A stretch of 64,000 nucleotides of DNA, taken from Alphaproteobacteria bacterium. Lineage in GTDB: Bacteria; Pseudomonadota; Alphaproteobacteria; UBA2136; JAPKEQ01. Made by a program: the position numbers and the translations under genes. Positions 19,564 through 33,160 of this stretch are shown in pieces. A model generated the notes under the pieces. That model ran no database searches and had not been told where the DNA came from. It was given only the letters and a program-made list of their open reading frames with translations. The first letter of the stretch is position 1. Each line of letters begins with the position of its first letter. The DNA is taken from assembly GCA_028821995.1 (NCBI GenBank), contig JAPKEQ010000001.1:5620-69619 (forward strand). Reading direction: 5' to 3'.

Positions 19564-19600
19564 AGACCCTGCTTTTTCAAAGGCAGGGTTTGGTGTTTTT
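19564..19600 (+). terminator. Rho-independent terminator
   Basis: accctgctttttcaaaggcagggtttggtgttttt. Confidence 0.7.
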
Positions 19601-19625
19601 AAAAAGTTCTGTCATACTTATTTAC

Positions 19626-20930
19626 ATGGAAATCTGGAATAGCTTTATCAAAGATGTAGATATGCAATGGCGACGCTTTGCCGTGAAGTCTGATTTTTGG
19701 CAAGAGCACCAAGAAACGATTCTTTCACTTATTCCAATAGCACTTCAGCTTTTGATCATTCTATCCATGTTCCTCATTGCTCGAAAAATTGTGTTTAGTC
19801 CATTTAGGGCCCTGCTAAGCAGATGGCCCATAATTGAAGCCTCTATTAGCGGCCAAATCAAGCTTATATCATTCCTTATTTTGCTCGCATTTTGCCGCAC
19901 AGGTGCTGCAGCGCTAAGTCAAGATGTTGTTTATATTGACATTACAATTATGGGAACAGCAGCATGGCTCATTCCTAGCTTCTTTAAGAGCAGCACGCTT
20001 AACCCAACATTCAAACGCGCTATTATACTTGCGCTTTGGGCTATGCTTGCCCTCATGGTGACAGACAAGCTTGACCCTATCATCGGCTTTTTAGATAGCG
20101 CTAGCTTTACCGCAGGAGAGGCCAAGCTATCCCTTTGGAGTATTATTAAAGTCAGTGGAATTTTTGTTCTTTTGATTTGGGGTGTCTCTACATTTACGCA
20201 GCTGGTTGATACCTTCATGCAAAGAACGCTTAATATAACTCCAAGTGCCAGAACTCTGATTACCAAAATGGTAAATATCATGGGTATTGTGTTTGGCTCT
20301 CTCATTACCCTAAACCTTGTGGGTATTGACCTCTCTATGTTTGCCTTTTTTGGTGGTGCTCTTGGTATTGGTATTGGTTTTGGTTTACAAAAAATTGTCT
20401 CCAACTTCATAAGTGGCATTATTCTCGTCACTGATAAATCCGTTAAACCGGGGGACGTTCTCACCATTGGTGAACATCTTGGTCAGATCATTGCGCTGCG
20501 TGCTCGTTACGTTGTTATGCGTAAACGTGATGGCACAGAAGTTCTGATTCCAAATGAAAACCTAATGACATACGAAGTAGTCAACTGGAGTTACAATAAC
20601 CGTAAGGTTCGTCTCGAAGTTGAAGTTGGTGTTTCTTATGACTGCAACATGGAAAAGGTCAGAGAAATACTCCTAGAGACAATAAAAGAGAACCCGCGCG
20701 TTCTCACTACGCCAAACCCTGCCTGCTTCATTACAGCTTTTGCAGATAGTAGCGTAAACTTCACACTTCGCTTTTGGATTGTAGACCCTGAAGAAGGCAT
20801 CTCTAATATCAAAGGCATGGTGTTTATGGATATTTGGAAACGCTTCAAACAAGACGGTATTGAAATTCCATTCCCTCAGCGTGTTTTACACATGCAGGAA
20901 GGTCCAAACAAAGAACCAATTGATTCTTAA
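19626..20930 (+). CDS. MscS-family mechanosensitive ion channel. Start uncertain: 19590, 19626 or 19662
   Basis: Multi-TM N-terminal half, then the conserved MscS core GIGFGLQKIVSNFISGIILVTDKSVKPGDVLTIGEHLGQIIALRARYVVMRKRDGTEVLIPN. Confidence 0.85.
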   Translation: MEIWNSFIKDVDMQWRRFAVKSDFWQEHQETILSLIPIALQLLIILSMFLIARKIVFSPFRALLSRWPIIEASISGQIKLISFLILLAFCRTGAAALSQDVVYIDITIMGTAAWLIPSFFKSSTLNPTFKRAIILALWAMLALMVTDKLDPIIGFLDSASFTAGEAKLSLWSIIKVSGIFVLLIWGVSTFTQLVDTFMQRTLNITPSARTLITKMVNIMGIVFGSLITLNLVGIDLSMFAFFGGALGIGIGFGLQKIVSNFISGIILVTDKSVKPGDVLTIGEHLGQIIALRARYVVMRKRDGTEVLIPNENLMTYEVVNWSYNNRKVRLEVEVGVSYDCNMEKVREILLETIKENPRVLTTPNPACFITAFADSSVNFTLRFWIVDPEEGISNIKGMVFMDIWKRFKQDGIEIPFPQRVLHMQEGPNKEPIDS

Positions 20931-21249
20931 CCACAAGTTCAACTTATCCCCACAACAAACACCCAAAATGCGTATTTTATCCACAGGATACTCATATTGC
21001 ATACCACTATATATAGTGCTCCGTATGCCACAGCCACCCTGTGTATTCAATATATTGTGGTAAAAAACATCTTTTTTACTCTTTTTTGATTGCCCCTTTC
21101 CGTATAGTTTTTTACACTATATATACCCTTGATGGACAAAGTTCATCATTACCTTTTTACAGTACAAACTTTGACTGAGTTAGCAGAAACAAAAATAACA
21201 AATAGTTGCTAATTTCTGATATGGAACTGAGCACGCGACATAATAATAA

Positions 21250-21345
21250 TAAAAGTCGTAAGAGGGAAGCTCGTTCTATTACACAACCCGTATCGACGGA
21301 GGTGACCTTTTCCATTGGGCAGGATTAGGCACCTCCATTTTTGTT
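21250..21345 (+). ncRNA. Candidate small RNA or structured leader ending in an intrinsic terminator. Family not recognised
   Basis: Non-coding AT-rich 500 bp gap. GGAGGUG...GCACCUCC stem followed by AUUUUUGUUUU at 21298-21345. Confidence 0.25.
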
Positions 21346-21430
21346 TTATGCCTCCCTTGAATTCATTCACATCTCTTCCTATATACATATTTATACTCCC
21401 TTCTCTCTTTCCTTTTAAAGGTTTTTTCAC

Positions 21431-21688
21431 ATGATTACACCTGAACAAAAAAACTGGATGGCCCCCTACGTGGCCGAAGCTGAAACCAACTCAAAATTTG
21501 CTGAATCTGTCACAAAAGAAGCGGTTTGGGCTTGCGCCCAGTCTGGCCGTGACCTCAGCATCGTTGAAATTATCATGGCACATTACCAGCGCCGCTTTAA
21601 TGCGCAGCAGCTCATTGCCAACATCCTTTGCTGCCACAGCATTAACGGCAAAGATGTGATTGAAAAGGCTTACGCTACTACAAAGTAG
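21431..21688 (+). CDS. Hypothetical protein (85 aa)
   Basis: ORF only. No motif. Confidence 0.4.
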   Translation: MITPEQKNWMAPYVAEAETNSKFAESVTKEAVWACAQSGRDLSIVEIIMAHYQRRFNAQQLIANILCCHSINGKDVIEKAYATTK

Positions 21689-21962
21689 CAAAAGCCATCC
21701 TCAAAGAACTACTCACAAAGGAGTAAAGACGATGGTTAGTGGAAGTCTTTTCAAATACCAGAGTGCGTTTGAAGCGCTCGATGAAAATTCTCAGCAAGAG
21801 ATTCTCGGTTACTGCATTGTGAAAGCAAGGCTGGAATCGTCAATCCACGACTACACTTCAGACTGTGCGCTCAAAGCCTACAAGCGAAAAAAAATTCGAG
21901 AGGTGATGGGATTTTTGGAAAAGCTGGGCTGCGTAGATTACGTGGCAAAAAAACTTTCCTAA
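21660..21962 (+). CDS. Hypothetical protein (about 77-100 aa). Start is possibly the internal MVSGSLFKYQ
   Basis: ORF followed by a strong terminator. No motif. Confidence 0.4.
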   Translation: MKRLTLLQSSKSHPQRTTHKGVKTMVSGSLFKYQSAFEALDENSQQEILGYCIVKARLESSIHDYTSDCALKAYKRKKIREVMGFLEKLGCVDYVAKKLS

Positions 21963-21974
21963 ATCGATCACAAC

Positions 21975-21998
21975 AAAAAGAGGCCTTCGGGCCTCTTT

Positions 21999-22003
<5 letters not shown>
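21975..22003. terminator. Rho-independent terminator (bidirectional position)
   Basis: aaaaagaggccttcgggcctctttttag. Confidence 0.8.
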
Positions 22004-26431
<4,428 letters not shown>

Positions 26432-26444
26432 ACAAGAGGCTTCC

Positions 26445-27233
26445 CTAGAAAATTCTCTTCAGGAAACTTTGCTCTTCACCCTTCTCTGCAAGGTCTCTCT
26501 CTACAAGAAGGCCATAAGCTTTTTCGTACCAGTCCGAATCATTGAAGTTATGACCAAGTACAGATGCGCTCTTTTGTGCTTCTTCTGGAAGACCAATAGA
26601 AAGGTAAGCTTCTGTCATACGGAAAAGAGCTTCCGGCGTTTGTGCAGAACGCTCATATTTTTGAATGACTTCTTTAAAGCGGTTCATTGCTGCAAGGTGG
26701 CGGCCTTGGCCTTGGTAGTAACGGCCAACCATCATTTCTTTACCGGCAAGGTGATCTTGACACAGTGTCACTTTCAGTTTTGCATCCTGTGCATATTCAC
26801 TATCAGGATAGCGGCGCACAAGCTCTTCAAAAGCATTCAGTGCTTGCTCCGTAAAAGCTTGATCGCGATTTACATCGCTAATGCGAAGGTAATGGGAAAG
26901 TCCCACAAGATAAAACATGTAAGGCAGATCTACGTGTCCTGGGTGGGTGCGGATAAAGCGCTCAGCCGCTAGGACAGTTTCGTCCATATTGCCTTTTCTA
27001 AACTCAGCGTAAGCTACCATCATTTGCGCGCGCGTTGCCCAACCACTGTACGGGTGCTGGCGCTCAAGCTCTTCAAATGTATTAATGGCGCTATCCCACT
27101 CTTTTACATTCAGCTCATCCATACCGCCATTGTATAGGTTTTCTACTGTACCAATTTTTTCAACAGGTTCCGGATCAGCAAAACAGCCGGCAAGGCTGAC
27201 TGCGCAAAGAGTAAGTATTAAGCTTTTTTTCAT
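26445..27233 (-). CDS. bamD: Outer membrane protein assembly factor BamD (TPR lipoprotein)
   Basis: Lipobox LAGCFA, TPR repeats, and the typical BamD length and N-terminal pattern (YNGGMDELNVKEWDSAINTFEELERQHPYS). Confidence 0.85.
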   Translation of the reverse strand: MKKSLILTLCAVSLAGCFADPEPVEKIGTVENLYNGGMDELNVKEWDSAINTFEELERQHPYSGWATRAQMMVAYAEFRKGNMDETVLAAERFIRTHPGHVDLPYMFYLVGLSHYLRISDVNRDQAFTEQALNAFEELVRRYPDSEYAQDAKLKVTLCQDHLAGKEMMVGRYYQGQGRHLAAMNRFKEVIQKYERSAQTPEALFRMTEAYLSIGLPEEAQKSASVLGHNFNDSDWYEKAYGLLVERDLAEKGEEQSFLKRIF

Positions 27234-27247
27234 GTGTATTTCTTTCC

Positions 27248-28219
27248 TTATCCTAGCTTTCCATAGCTATGCATACCGTCTAAAAACATATTTACACCCA
27301 AGTAACAAAAGAGTGTAGCGATAAACCCGATGATCGTCCACCATGCAAGCACATTTCCGCGTGCAAAGTGTGTATATCTTGCATGTAAATAACCACCATA
27401 TATGAGCCATACAATCAGAGCCCATGTTTCTTTGGGGTCCCAGCTCCAATAGCCGCCCCAAGCCTCATAAGCCCAAACACAGCCTAGCAGTACTGCAAGG
27501 CTAAACACAGGAAATCCAATCAGTATGGCTTTATAGTGTAAATCTGTACAAGTTTCTACGTCTGGGAGCCTTGATACTTTACCCCGTGCATCGGCCTTGC
27601 TCCGCATAATTTGCATAGCGCCTGCCGCAGCTGCCACAAAAAAGCTGCCGTATCCAATAAAATTGGCAAGCACATGCCATGGCAGCCACTGGCTTTGAAG
27701 CGCAGGTAAAAGCTCTTTATGACCCACTTGGTTGATACTCAATAGCCAAACAATAAACAGCGCCTGCATCATCCAAAGCGGCGCAAGAAATAGCGCAAAT
27801 CCTTTAAAGCGTTTTTTGCCTTCAAAGTACAAACCAATAGAGCTAGTTACAGCCAGCAAAAGAATACTGACTTCATATATATTACTCATACCATAATGGC
27901 CAATTTCAAGTACCTGATGTGTTTCCCAAATTGTTGTGAGCACAATACTGCCAGCAAGAGCCGATGCCACAAAAGCAAAAAGCCTTGCAGAAATGCTGAG
28001 CCAAGAGAGTTTCTGAAAAGCGCTCAACAGAAACAAGGTTGAAGCGAGCAAAAACAGCCCTACCATGTATGGCACCATTATAATAGTCAGCAAGCTATCC
28101 TGCTGCATACCAACAGAAAGATGCCCCCATTGAGGCACAACCAAAGCCGCTGCCATAGCAGCCATAAAAAGCAAATAACCTGCCCCAAAAGAGCCCGTAA
28201 GACGTTTCAATACATTCAT
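27248..28219 (-). CDS. CcsA/ResC-family (cytochrome c assembly, YpjD-like) inner membrane protein
   Basis: WWD-like tryptophan-rich motif WGGYWSWDPKETWALIVWLIY and 8 TM. Confidence 0.75.
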   Translation of the reverse strand: MNVLKRLTGSFGAGYLLFMAAMAAALVVPQWGHLSVGMQQDSLLTIIMVPYMVGLFLLASTLFLLSAFQKLSWLSISARLFAFVASALAGSIVLTTIWETHQVLEIGHYGMSNIYEVSILLLAVTSSIGLYFEGKKRFKGFALFLAPLWMMQALFIVWLLSINQVGHKELLPALQSQWLPWHVLANFIGYGSFFVAAAAGAMQIMRSKADARGKVSRLPDVETCTDLHYKAILIGFPVFSLAVLLGCVWAYEAWGGYWSWDPKETWALIVWLIYGGYLHARYTHFARGNVLAWWTIIGFIATLFCYLGVNMFLDGMHSYGKLG

Positions 28220-28346
28220 ATCTGTAACATATCATAAAGGTGAATTTCTCCCAATGGTTTTTCCTTGACGATACACCCTTTACACCGCTAAATTGCAGAC
28301 AATATTTAATCTCACTTGTCTTTTCTCCAACCTCATGAGGTTTCAA

Positions 28347-29378
28347 ATGACAACTCCACTAAAAATTGCTGCCCTTGGCAACGCAGTCACAGATCTTGTT
28401 ACTGAAGTTGATGACGCCACACTGGCTACCCTTGGCTTTAAAAGTGGCAGCCACCAAGCGGGCAGCCCTGCTCTTCAAGCCAAATTGGAAAAGATCTTTC
28501 CACATGCAGTATCCATGCCTGGCGGCTCTCTTGCCAATACAGCCTATGCCCTAGGCTGTCTCGGTATGGATATTACACTCATCTCCTCCATTGCAGACGA
28601 TACGCAGGGCAGGGCCTTTGCTAAAGGCATGCATGATGTGGGCGTTAAAACAAAGATCACTAACTTTGGTAATAACGTCCTCAGCCAGGCCGGCTACGTT
28701 CTCATCACACCTGATGGACAGCGCACCTTTGTAAACCTTCCTTACAACACCCGCATCACCGCAGAGATTGTGGATGATTTTGCAGATGATATCATTGGCG
28801 CTGATCTGCTGGTCATTGAGGGCTACCTCTTCATTGATCAAACAGACGCCGTAGACCGTGCAATTGAACTGGCGCGTGAAAACAACGTCAAAATTTGCAT
28901 CACGCTTGCAGCTGAAAACGTGGTCATCAAACACCATGACACCATTGCACAGCACATTGAAGATGGCATTGACCTGCTCATTGCCAACGAAGAAGAGCTT
29001 GAAGCTCTCATCAACGGCGCAGGCCACGATGAAGAGCTGGCACAGTGCATTGAAAACACCACCCGCGTGGTGACAAAAGGTAAAGATGGCTGTGAATATC
29101 ACAATCCTAAAGATATTCAAACAGCAACTATGTCAACAGCACCTTTGCCGAGCAAATTGCTAGATACCAATGGTGCAGGTGATGGTTTTTTGGGTGGCTT
29201 TTTAAGCCTTTACGACCCAACAGAACCTATCATTGATCTGACCAAAACCTCTTATGCCATGCTTACAGGGTCTCTTGTGGCTGCACGGGTCATTTGCCAA
29301 ATTGGACCGCGCCTCAACAGCAAAAAATATCAAGAAGCTGCAACTCTGGCAAACACCGTAGAGTTTAAGCTCCAGTAA
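28347..29378 (+). CDS. PfkB-family carbohydrate/nucleoside kinase (adenosine kinase-like)
   Basis: GNAVTDLV N-terminal motif and the C-terminal DTNGAGDGFLGGFL anion-hole/catalytic motif of the ribokinase superfamily. Confidence 0.82.
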   Translation: MTTPLKIAALGNAVTDLVTEVDDATLATLGFKSGSHQAGSPALQAKLEKIFPHAVSMPGGSLANTAYALGCLGMDITLISSIADDTQGRAFAKGMHDVGVKTKITNFGNNVLSQAGYVLITPDGQRTFVNLPYNTRITAEIVDDFADDIIGADLLVIEGYLFIDQTDAVDRAIELARENNVKICITLAAENVVIKHHDTIAQHIEDGIDLLIANEEELEALINGAGHDEELAQCIENTTRVVTKGKDGCEYHNPKDIQTATMSTAPLPSKLLDTNGAGDGFLGGFLSLYDPTEPIIDLTKTSYAMLTGSLVAARVICQIGPRLNSKKYQEAATLANTVEFKLQ

Positions 29379-29385
29379 CCGATAC

Positions 29386-29418
29386 TTAACACACCCCTGA
29401 TTTGGGGTGTGTTTTTTT
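29386..29418 (+). terminator. Rho-independent terminator
   Basis: acacacccctgatttggggtgtgtttttttg. Confidence 0.85.
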
Positions 29419-29494
29419 GTGCAGTTTTCTTGAAACATGCTACATTATAAATGTACCCACACACTAAAGAAGAACAAATAACGGATTAAAGCCT

Positions 29495-30580
29495 ATGAGC
29501 AGTTGTTGCCCGCCAAAAGAACCTACAAAACCAAGCTGCTGCGGCGCCAATAGCACCTCCCAAAAGAAACGCCCTGATGTTTTATTATGGGGTTCACTTA
29601 TAGCTGTTACTGTTCTTTATGCGCTTGCTGTTGTTTTCCCTGAAACGCTCATACCTTACCCGCGCCTTATGGAAGCAGCACACGGCGTACACCACCTTGT
29701 TCATCAAATGTGGTGGGGCGTTGTCATGGGAATAATATTTGTCGGATTGATCGGTATGGTGCCACAAAAATATGTCCTCAACCTACTTGGCAATGGCGGA
29801 TCAATTTCAGGTATTATGCGCGCAACATCTGCGGGTGTACTCTTAGATATGTGCAGTCACGGAATTCTGATGGTTGGCGCAAAGCTTTACCAAAAAGGTG
29901 CAAGCCTTGGCCAGGTCATGGCCTTTTTACTCGCAAGCCCCTGGAACTCTCTTTCACTCACCATTATCCTCTGGTCGCTCATTGGTGGTTTCTGGACACT
30001 TATGTTTATCGGCCTTTCTATGGTGGTTGGCATTATCACTGGACTTATTTTTGATCGCTTGGTTAAAAAGGGCGTTTTACCACCCAATCCATTTACGCCA
30101 GAAAAGCATGAGCCTATCCACCTTATGGAAGATATGGCACATCTGCATAGATACATTCATGCAGATAAAAAGTTTCTGAAAACATTTGTATCGGAAGCAA
30201 AAAGCGGTAGCCGCGTTATCATTAAATGGCTCCTGTTTGGAATCGTGCTTGCAAGCACGCTCCGCGCTGCCTTTCCTATTGAGACGTTTGCAGGGCTTTT
30301 CGGCCCTACAGCCCTTGGCCTTGGACTCACCGTGCTGTTTGCAACTGTTCTTGAAGTGTGCTCTGAAGGCTCAACGCCAGTCGCTGCTGATATTCTAACG
30401 CGTGCTCAATCCCCAGGTAATGCCTTTGCATTCCTCATGGCAGGCGTATCTACAGATTATACAGAAATTATGATATTGAAAGATACAACAAAGAGCTGGA
30501 AGATTGCTCTCTTCCTACCCCTTGTTAGTTTGCCTCAAATTATTGCAATTGCAGCACTGATTACTGTGTTTGCTCAATAG
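29495..30580 (+). CDS. Permease of the DUF318/ArsP-like family (two-half membrane permease with a Cys-rich N-terminus)
   Basis: Cys-rich N-terminus (MSSCCPPKEPTKPSCCG) and about 8 TM in a repeated arrangement. Confidence 0.55.
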   Translation: MSSCCPPKEPTKPSCCGANSTSQKKRPDVLLWGSLIAVTVLYALAVVFPETLIPYPRLMEAAHGVHHLVHQMWWGVVMGIIFVGLIGMVPQKYVLNLLGNGGSISGIMRATSAGVLLDMCSHGILMVGAKLYQKGASLGQVMAFLLASPWNSLSLTIILWSLIGGFWTLMFIGLSMVVGIITGLIFDRLVKKGVLPPNPFTPEKHEPIHLMEDMAHLHRYIHADKKFLKTFVSEAKSGSRVIIKWLLFGIVLASTLRAAFPIETFAGLFGPTALGLGLTVLFATVLEVCSEGSTPVAADILTRAQSPGNAFAFLMAGVSTDYTEIMILKDTTKSWKIALFLPLVSLPQIIAIAALITVFAQ

Positions 30581-30980
30581 GCGTTAAAGCCTGTTCAAGA
30601 TTCTTAGAAAGCTCTTCTAAGTTTTGACGTACAGGTTCTGAATCTTTTTCAAACTGCCCCATGAGGCTTTCAAATGCTTTAAGTACACCTTGAAGCTGGC
30701 CTGCAAATCCTTGCAAGTCATCTTGAGCAGATTCTACCGCACTATTAAGTGACGACGAAGCACCATCCATGCTTCCTGTTAGCTCGCCGATCATTTGGTT
30801 ATAATCTACATTTTCATCAACATGAATTTCCTGCTGTTGCGGCGCATTACGGCTATTGGCATAATCTACAACCTGTTGCAGATCATCCTTCACTTCCGGA
30901 TTTTGAAAAAAGTGAAAAGCTAGAGTGAAAAGCCCCACACCCACAAACAATCCAACAGAAAAAATAATGACATACTTCAT
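30561..30980 (-). CDS. Hypothetical membrane-anchored protein (N-terminal TM, acidic coiled C-terminus)
   Basis: ORF with a signal anchor. No motif. Confidence 0.45.
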   Translation of the reverse strand: MKYVIIFSVGLFVGVGLFTLAFHFFQNPEVKDDLQQVVDYANSRNAPQQQEIHVDENVDYNQMIGELTGSMDGASSSLNSAVESAQDDLQGFAGQLQGVLKAFESLMGQFEKDSEPVRQNLEELSKNLEQALTPIEQTQ

Positions 30981-31004
30981 AAACGTAACTCCATAATTTA
31001 AAAT

Positions 31005-31040
31005 AAAAAGACCCTCACAATATATGAGGGCCTTTTCAAG
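31005..31040 (-). terminator. Rho-independent terminator for the OmpA-family gene
   Basis: gaaaaggccctcatatattgtgagggtctttttatttt on the minus strand. Confidence 0.75.
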
Positions 31041-31049
31041 TGAGCAAGC

Positions 31050-31865
31050 TTATTTAATAAGCGTAATGTTCACAACGCGGTTTGCCGCTTCAACTGTGTT
31101 ATCAGCTGTTGGCTTTGGAAGGTCCATTTCACCCGCAAAGTTTACTTTGAACATTTCTGTATCAACGCCTTGCTGTCTTAGGTATGCACTTACAGTTTCT
31201 GCGCGTCTTGCAGAAAGCTTCTCATTATGCATTGCTGTACCAGATGTATCAGCATGGCCTGATAGCATAATGCTTGATGGCGCCATACCTTTGATTTTTT
31301 CAGCAACAACTTTAAGCTCGCGCTGCGCTGCAGAAGTTAGCTTGCTGCTATCAAGATCAAAGTAAACAGCTGCTGCACTCTTCATGTGCTGAACAGGAAC
31401 AACTTTTGCCACTTTTGCAGGTGCTAGATGACGCATAGCTTCGTAAAAATCAGCACGACATGCATTAATGTCTTCGCTTTGGAAGTTTTCTTCCTGCTGC
31501 TCAGCCCAGCAATCAAACTTTGCTTGCGCTTCTGCTGCCCACTCAGGCACGCGCTTTTTAGCGCCGCTGTCTAGGTATTTCACAAGAAGAGCACGCCCTT
31601 CAGCAAGCTCGCCTACTTTTTCAAGAGGGAGATTACGCGTATCCACCATTGTTGGGTTTGGCGTTTCACCAACCATAATCGCTTTAATACGTTTACGGTA
31701 AAAATGAGCGTCAATAATATCGCCTTGTACGGCTTCGTACTCAGCAAGAGGTTTATAATCTGCTACAAGTTCTTTTTCAAACGCAGATTGATTCATGGCA
31801 ACTCCAGAGCCGCCGCATGCTGCAAGTGTAGTGGCTGCAACAACCATAGCCAAACGAGAAATCAT
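31050..31865 (-). CDS. OmpA/Pal-family peptidoglycan-associated lipoprotein
   Basis: Lipobox LAACGG and the C-terminal OmpA-like domain (MLSGHADTSGTAMHNEKLSARRAETVSAYL). Confidence 0.82.
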   Translation of the reverse strand: MISRLAMVVAATTLAACGGSGVAMNQSAFEKELVADYKPLAEYEAVQGDIIDAHFYRKRIKAIMVGETPNPTMVDTRNLPLEKVGELAEGRALLVKYLDSGAKKRVPEWAAEAQAKFDCWAEQQEENFQSEDINACRADFYEAMRHLAPAKVAKVVPVQHMKSAAAVYFDLDSSKLTSAAQRELKVVAEKIKGMAPSSIMLSGHADTSGTAMHNEKLSARRAETVSAYLRQQGVDTEMFKVNFAGEMDLPKPTADNTVEAANRVVNITLIK

Positions 31866-32038
31866 CGTCTTTACCTATCTTTTAATTTTATTTGAGCACC
31901 TTAATTATTGTGCTTGGGTAAACATTTATAACAAATTTTTAAAATTTCGGCACATAAAAACAACTTTTAAAGAGAAAACTTGACGCTCTCTATAAACCTT
32001 CATAATTTAAAACATATCATTTATAAGAAAGCAGCCAC

Positions 32039-32449
32039 ATGCCCATACTTGAGTCTGAGCAGCAACTCATTGATAATTTTGAACTATTTGATAACTGGGA
32101 AGATCGGTACTCATACCTTATTGATCTTGGTAAAAAACTTCCCCCTATGGCAGAAACTCTTAAAACAGACGGGGCTCTTGTAAAGGGATGTACAAGTAAA
32201 GTATGGCTCGTTCACACCTTAAATGGAAATAAACACACATTTTTGACAGACAGCGACGCTCATATTGTAAAAGGCATTTTATATGTTTTACTCTGCCTGT
32301 TTAATGGCAAAGAAAGCACTGAAATTAAAAACATTTCCACTGAAGAGTTCATGAAGAAAACAGGCCTTGAAGAAGCCATTTCCCCAAACAGAAGAAATGG
32401 ACTCAGTGCTGTCGAACAAAAAATTAAAACTTATTCAGAAGATGCCTGA
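32039..32449 (+). CDS. sufE: Cysteine desulfuration (sulfur acceptor) protein SufE
   Basis: 136 aa with the conserved active-site Cys context ALVKGCTSKVWLV and the SufE N-terminus (LIDNFELFDNWEDRYSYLIDLGKKLP). Confidence 0.88.
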   Translation: MPILESEQQLIDNFELFDNWEDRYSYLIDLGKKLPPMAETLKTDGALVKGCTSKVWLVHTLNGNKHTFLTDSDAHIVKGILYVLLCLFNGKESTEIKNISTEEFMKKTGLEEAISPNRRNGLSAVEQKIKTYSEDA

Positions 32450-33045
32450 TCTTCAAAAAGGTCTTTTGCATCAACATTTAACAGGTAATCCAAATCCTTT
32501 ACAGCCTGATAAAACTTGCCTGGCAGAGGGTAGCGTGTCACACGTTTTGTTTTCACATCAACAACAATAAGAGATGGATGGCTTGTCACTCTAAATTTCT
32601 TAGCCAGTCTATTTCCTTGGTCCATAATAGGCTCAGGTCTGGATTCTACACGCTCAGGTTCAGAAATATTTTTAAACTCCATCTGTGCATAGTCCTTCAA
32701 GAAGGCTCTAATTTTTTCTGTATAACCTGCTTTTTCAATAAGCTCCTCTTGGTCAAACCAACGGTCTAGCCTTGCATTCTCAACAGGATCATCATCATCA
32801 CTCGCCATAACTCGCTTTTTAAAATCGTCAAGTGCATCTTGTGGAAGGTCCTTCATTACCAGAGTGGCATCAATATCAGGATGCCAAGTCCAGTACTGAA
32901 CAAACTCAAAAATCCCTCCAATAGTAGTTTCCGAAGGATCTAAGAATAAAAGAATCTTATTCTTTTGTTCTTTTTCAGCAGCGTACAGAGAAGAAGCCAT
33001 CGCTCCCACCAGTACAAAAGTCATTATCAAAATCTTTTTCATCAT
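32431..33045 (-). CDS. Hypothetical secreted protein
   Basis: Signal peptide (MTFVLVGAMASSLYAAE). No confident domain. The 3' end overlaps sufE convergently by 19 bp. Confidence 0.5.
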   Translation of the reverse strand: MMKKILIMTFVLVGAMASSLYAAEKEQKNKILLFLDPSETTIGGIFEFVQYWTWHPDIDATLVMKDLPQDALDDFKKRVMASDDDDPVENARLDRWFDQEELIEKAGYTEKIRAFLKDYAQMEFKNISEPERVESRPEPIMDQGNRLAKKFRVTSHPSLIVVDVKTKRVTRYPLPGKFYQAVKDLDYLLNVDAKDLFEDQASSE

Positions 33046-33160
33046 AGATAAGAGTATGGTGTCCTAATCACCACATTTCAAGAAATAAATCTCCCAAGCC
33101 CCCTCTCTTTAGCAAGTTTTTATTCCGTATAGAAGGATAATCTCATAAACTGTTATAATA

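Noticed and set aside
21209-21448. 79 aa minus-strand ORF in the AT-rich gap
   Set aside because: No RBS, no motif. It overlaps the candidate sRNA/terminator hairpin and is more likely non-coding.
27248-28219. CcsA-type (System II) cytochrome c synthase in an alphaproteobacterium
   Set aside because: More parsimoniously a YpjD-like CcsA-family paralog of unknown function, widespread even in System I organisms. Not flagged as a finding.
28551-29120. 189 aa minus-strand ORF
   Set aside because: Antisense to the PfkB kinase gene, which has clear family motifs.
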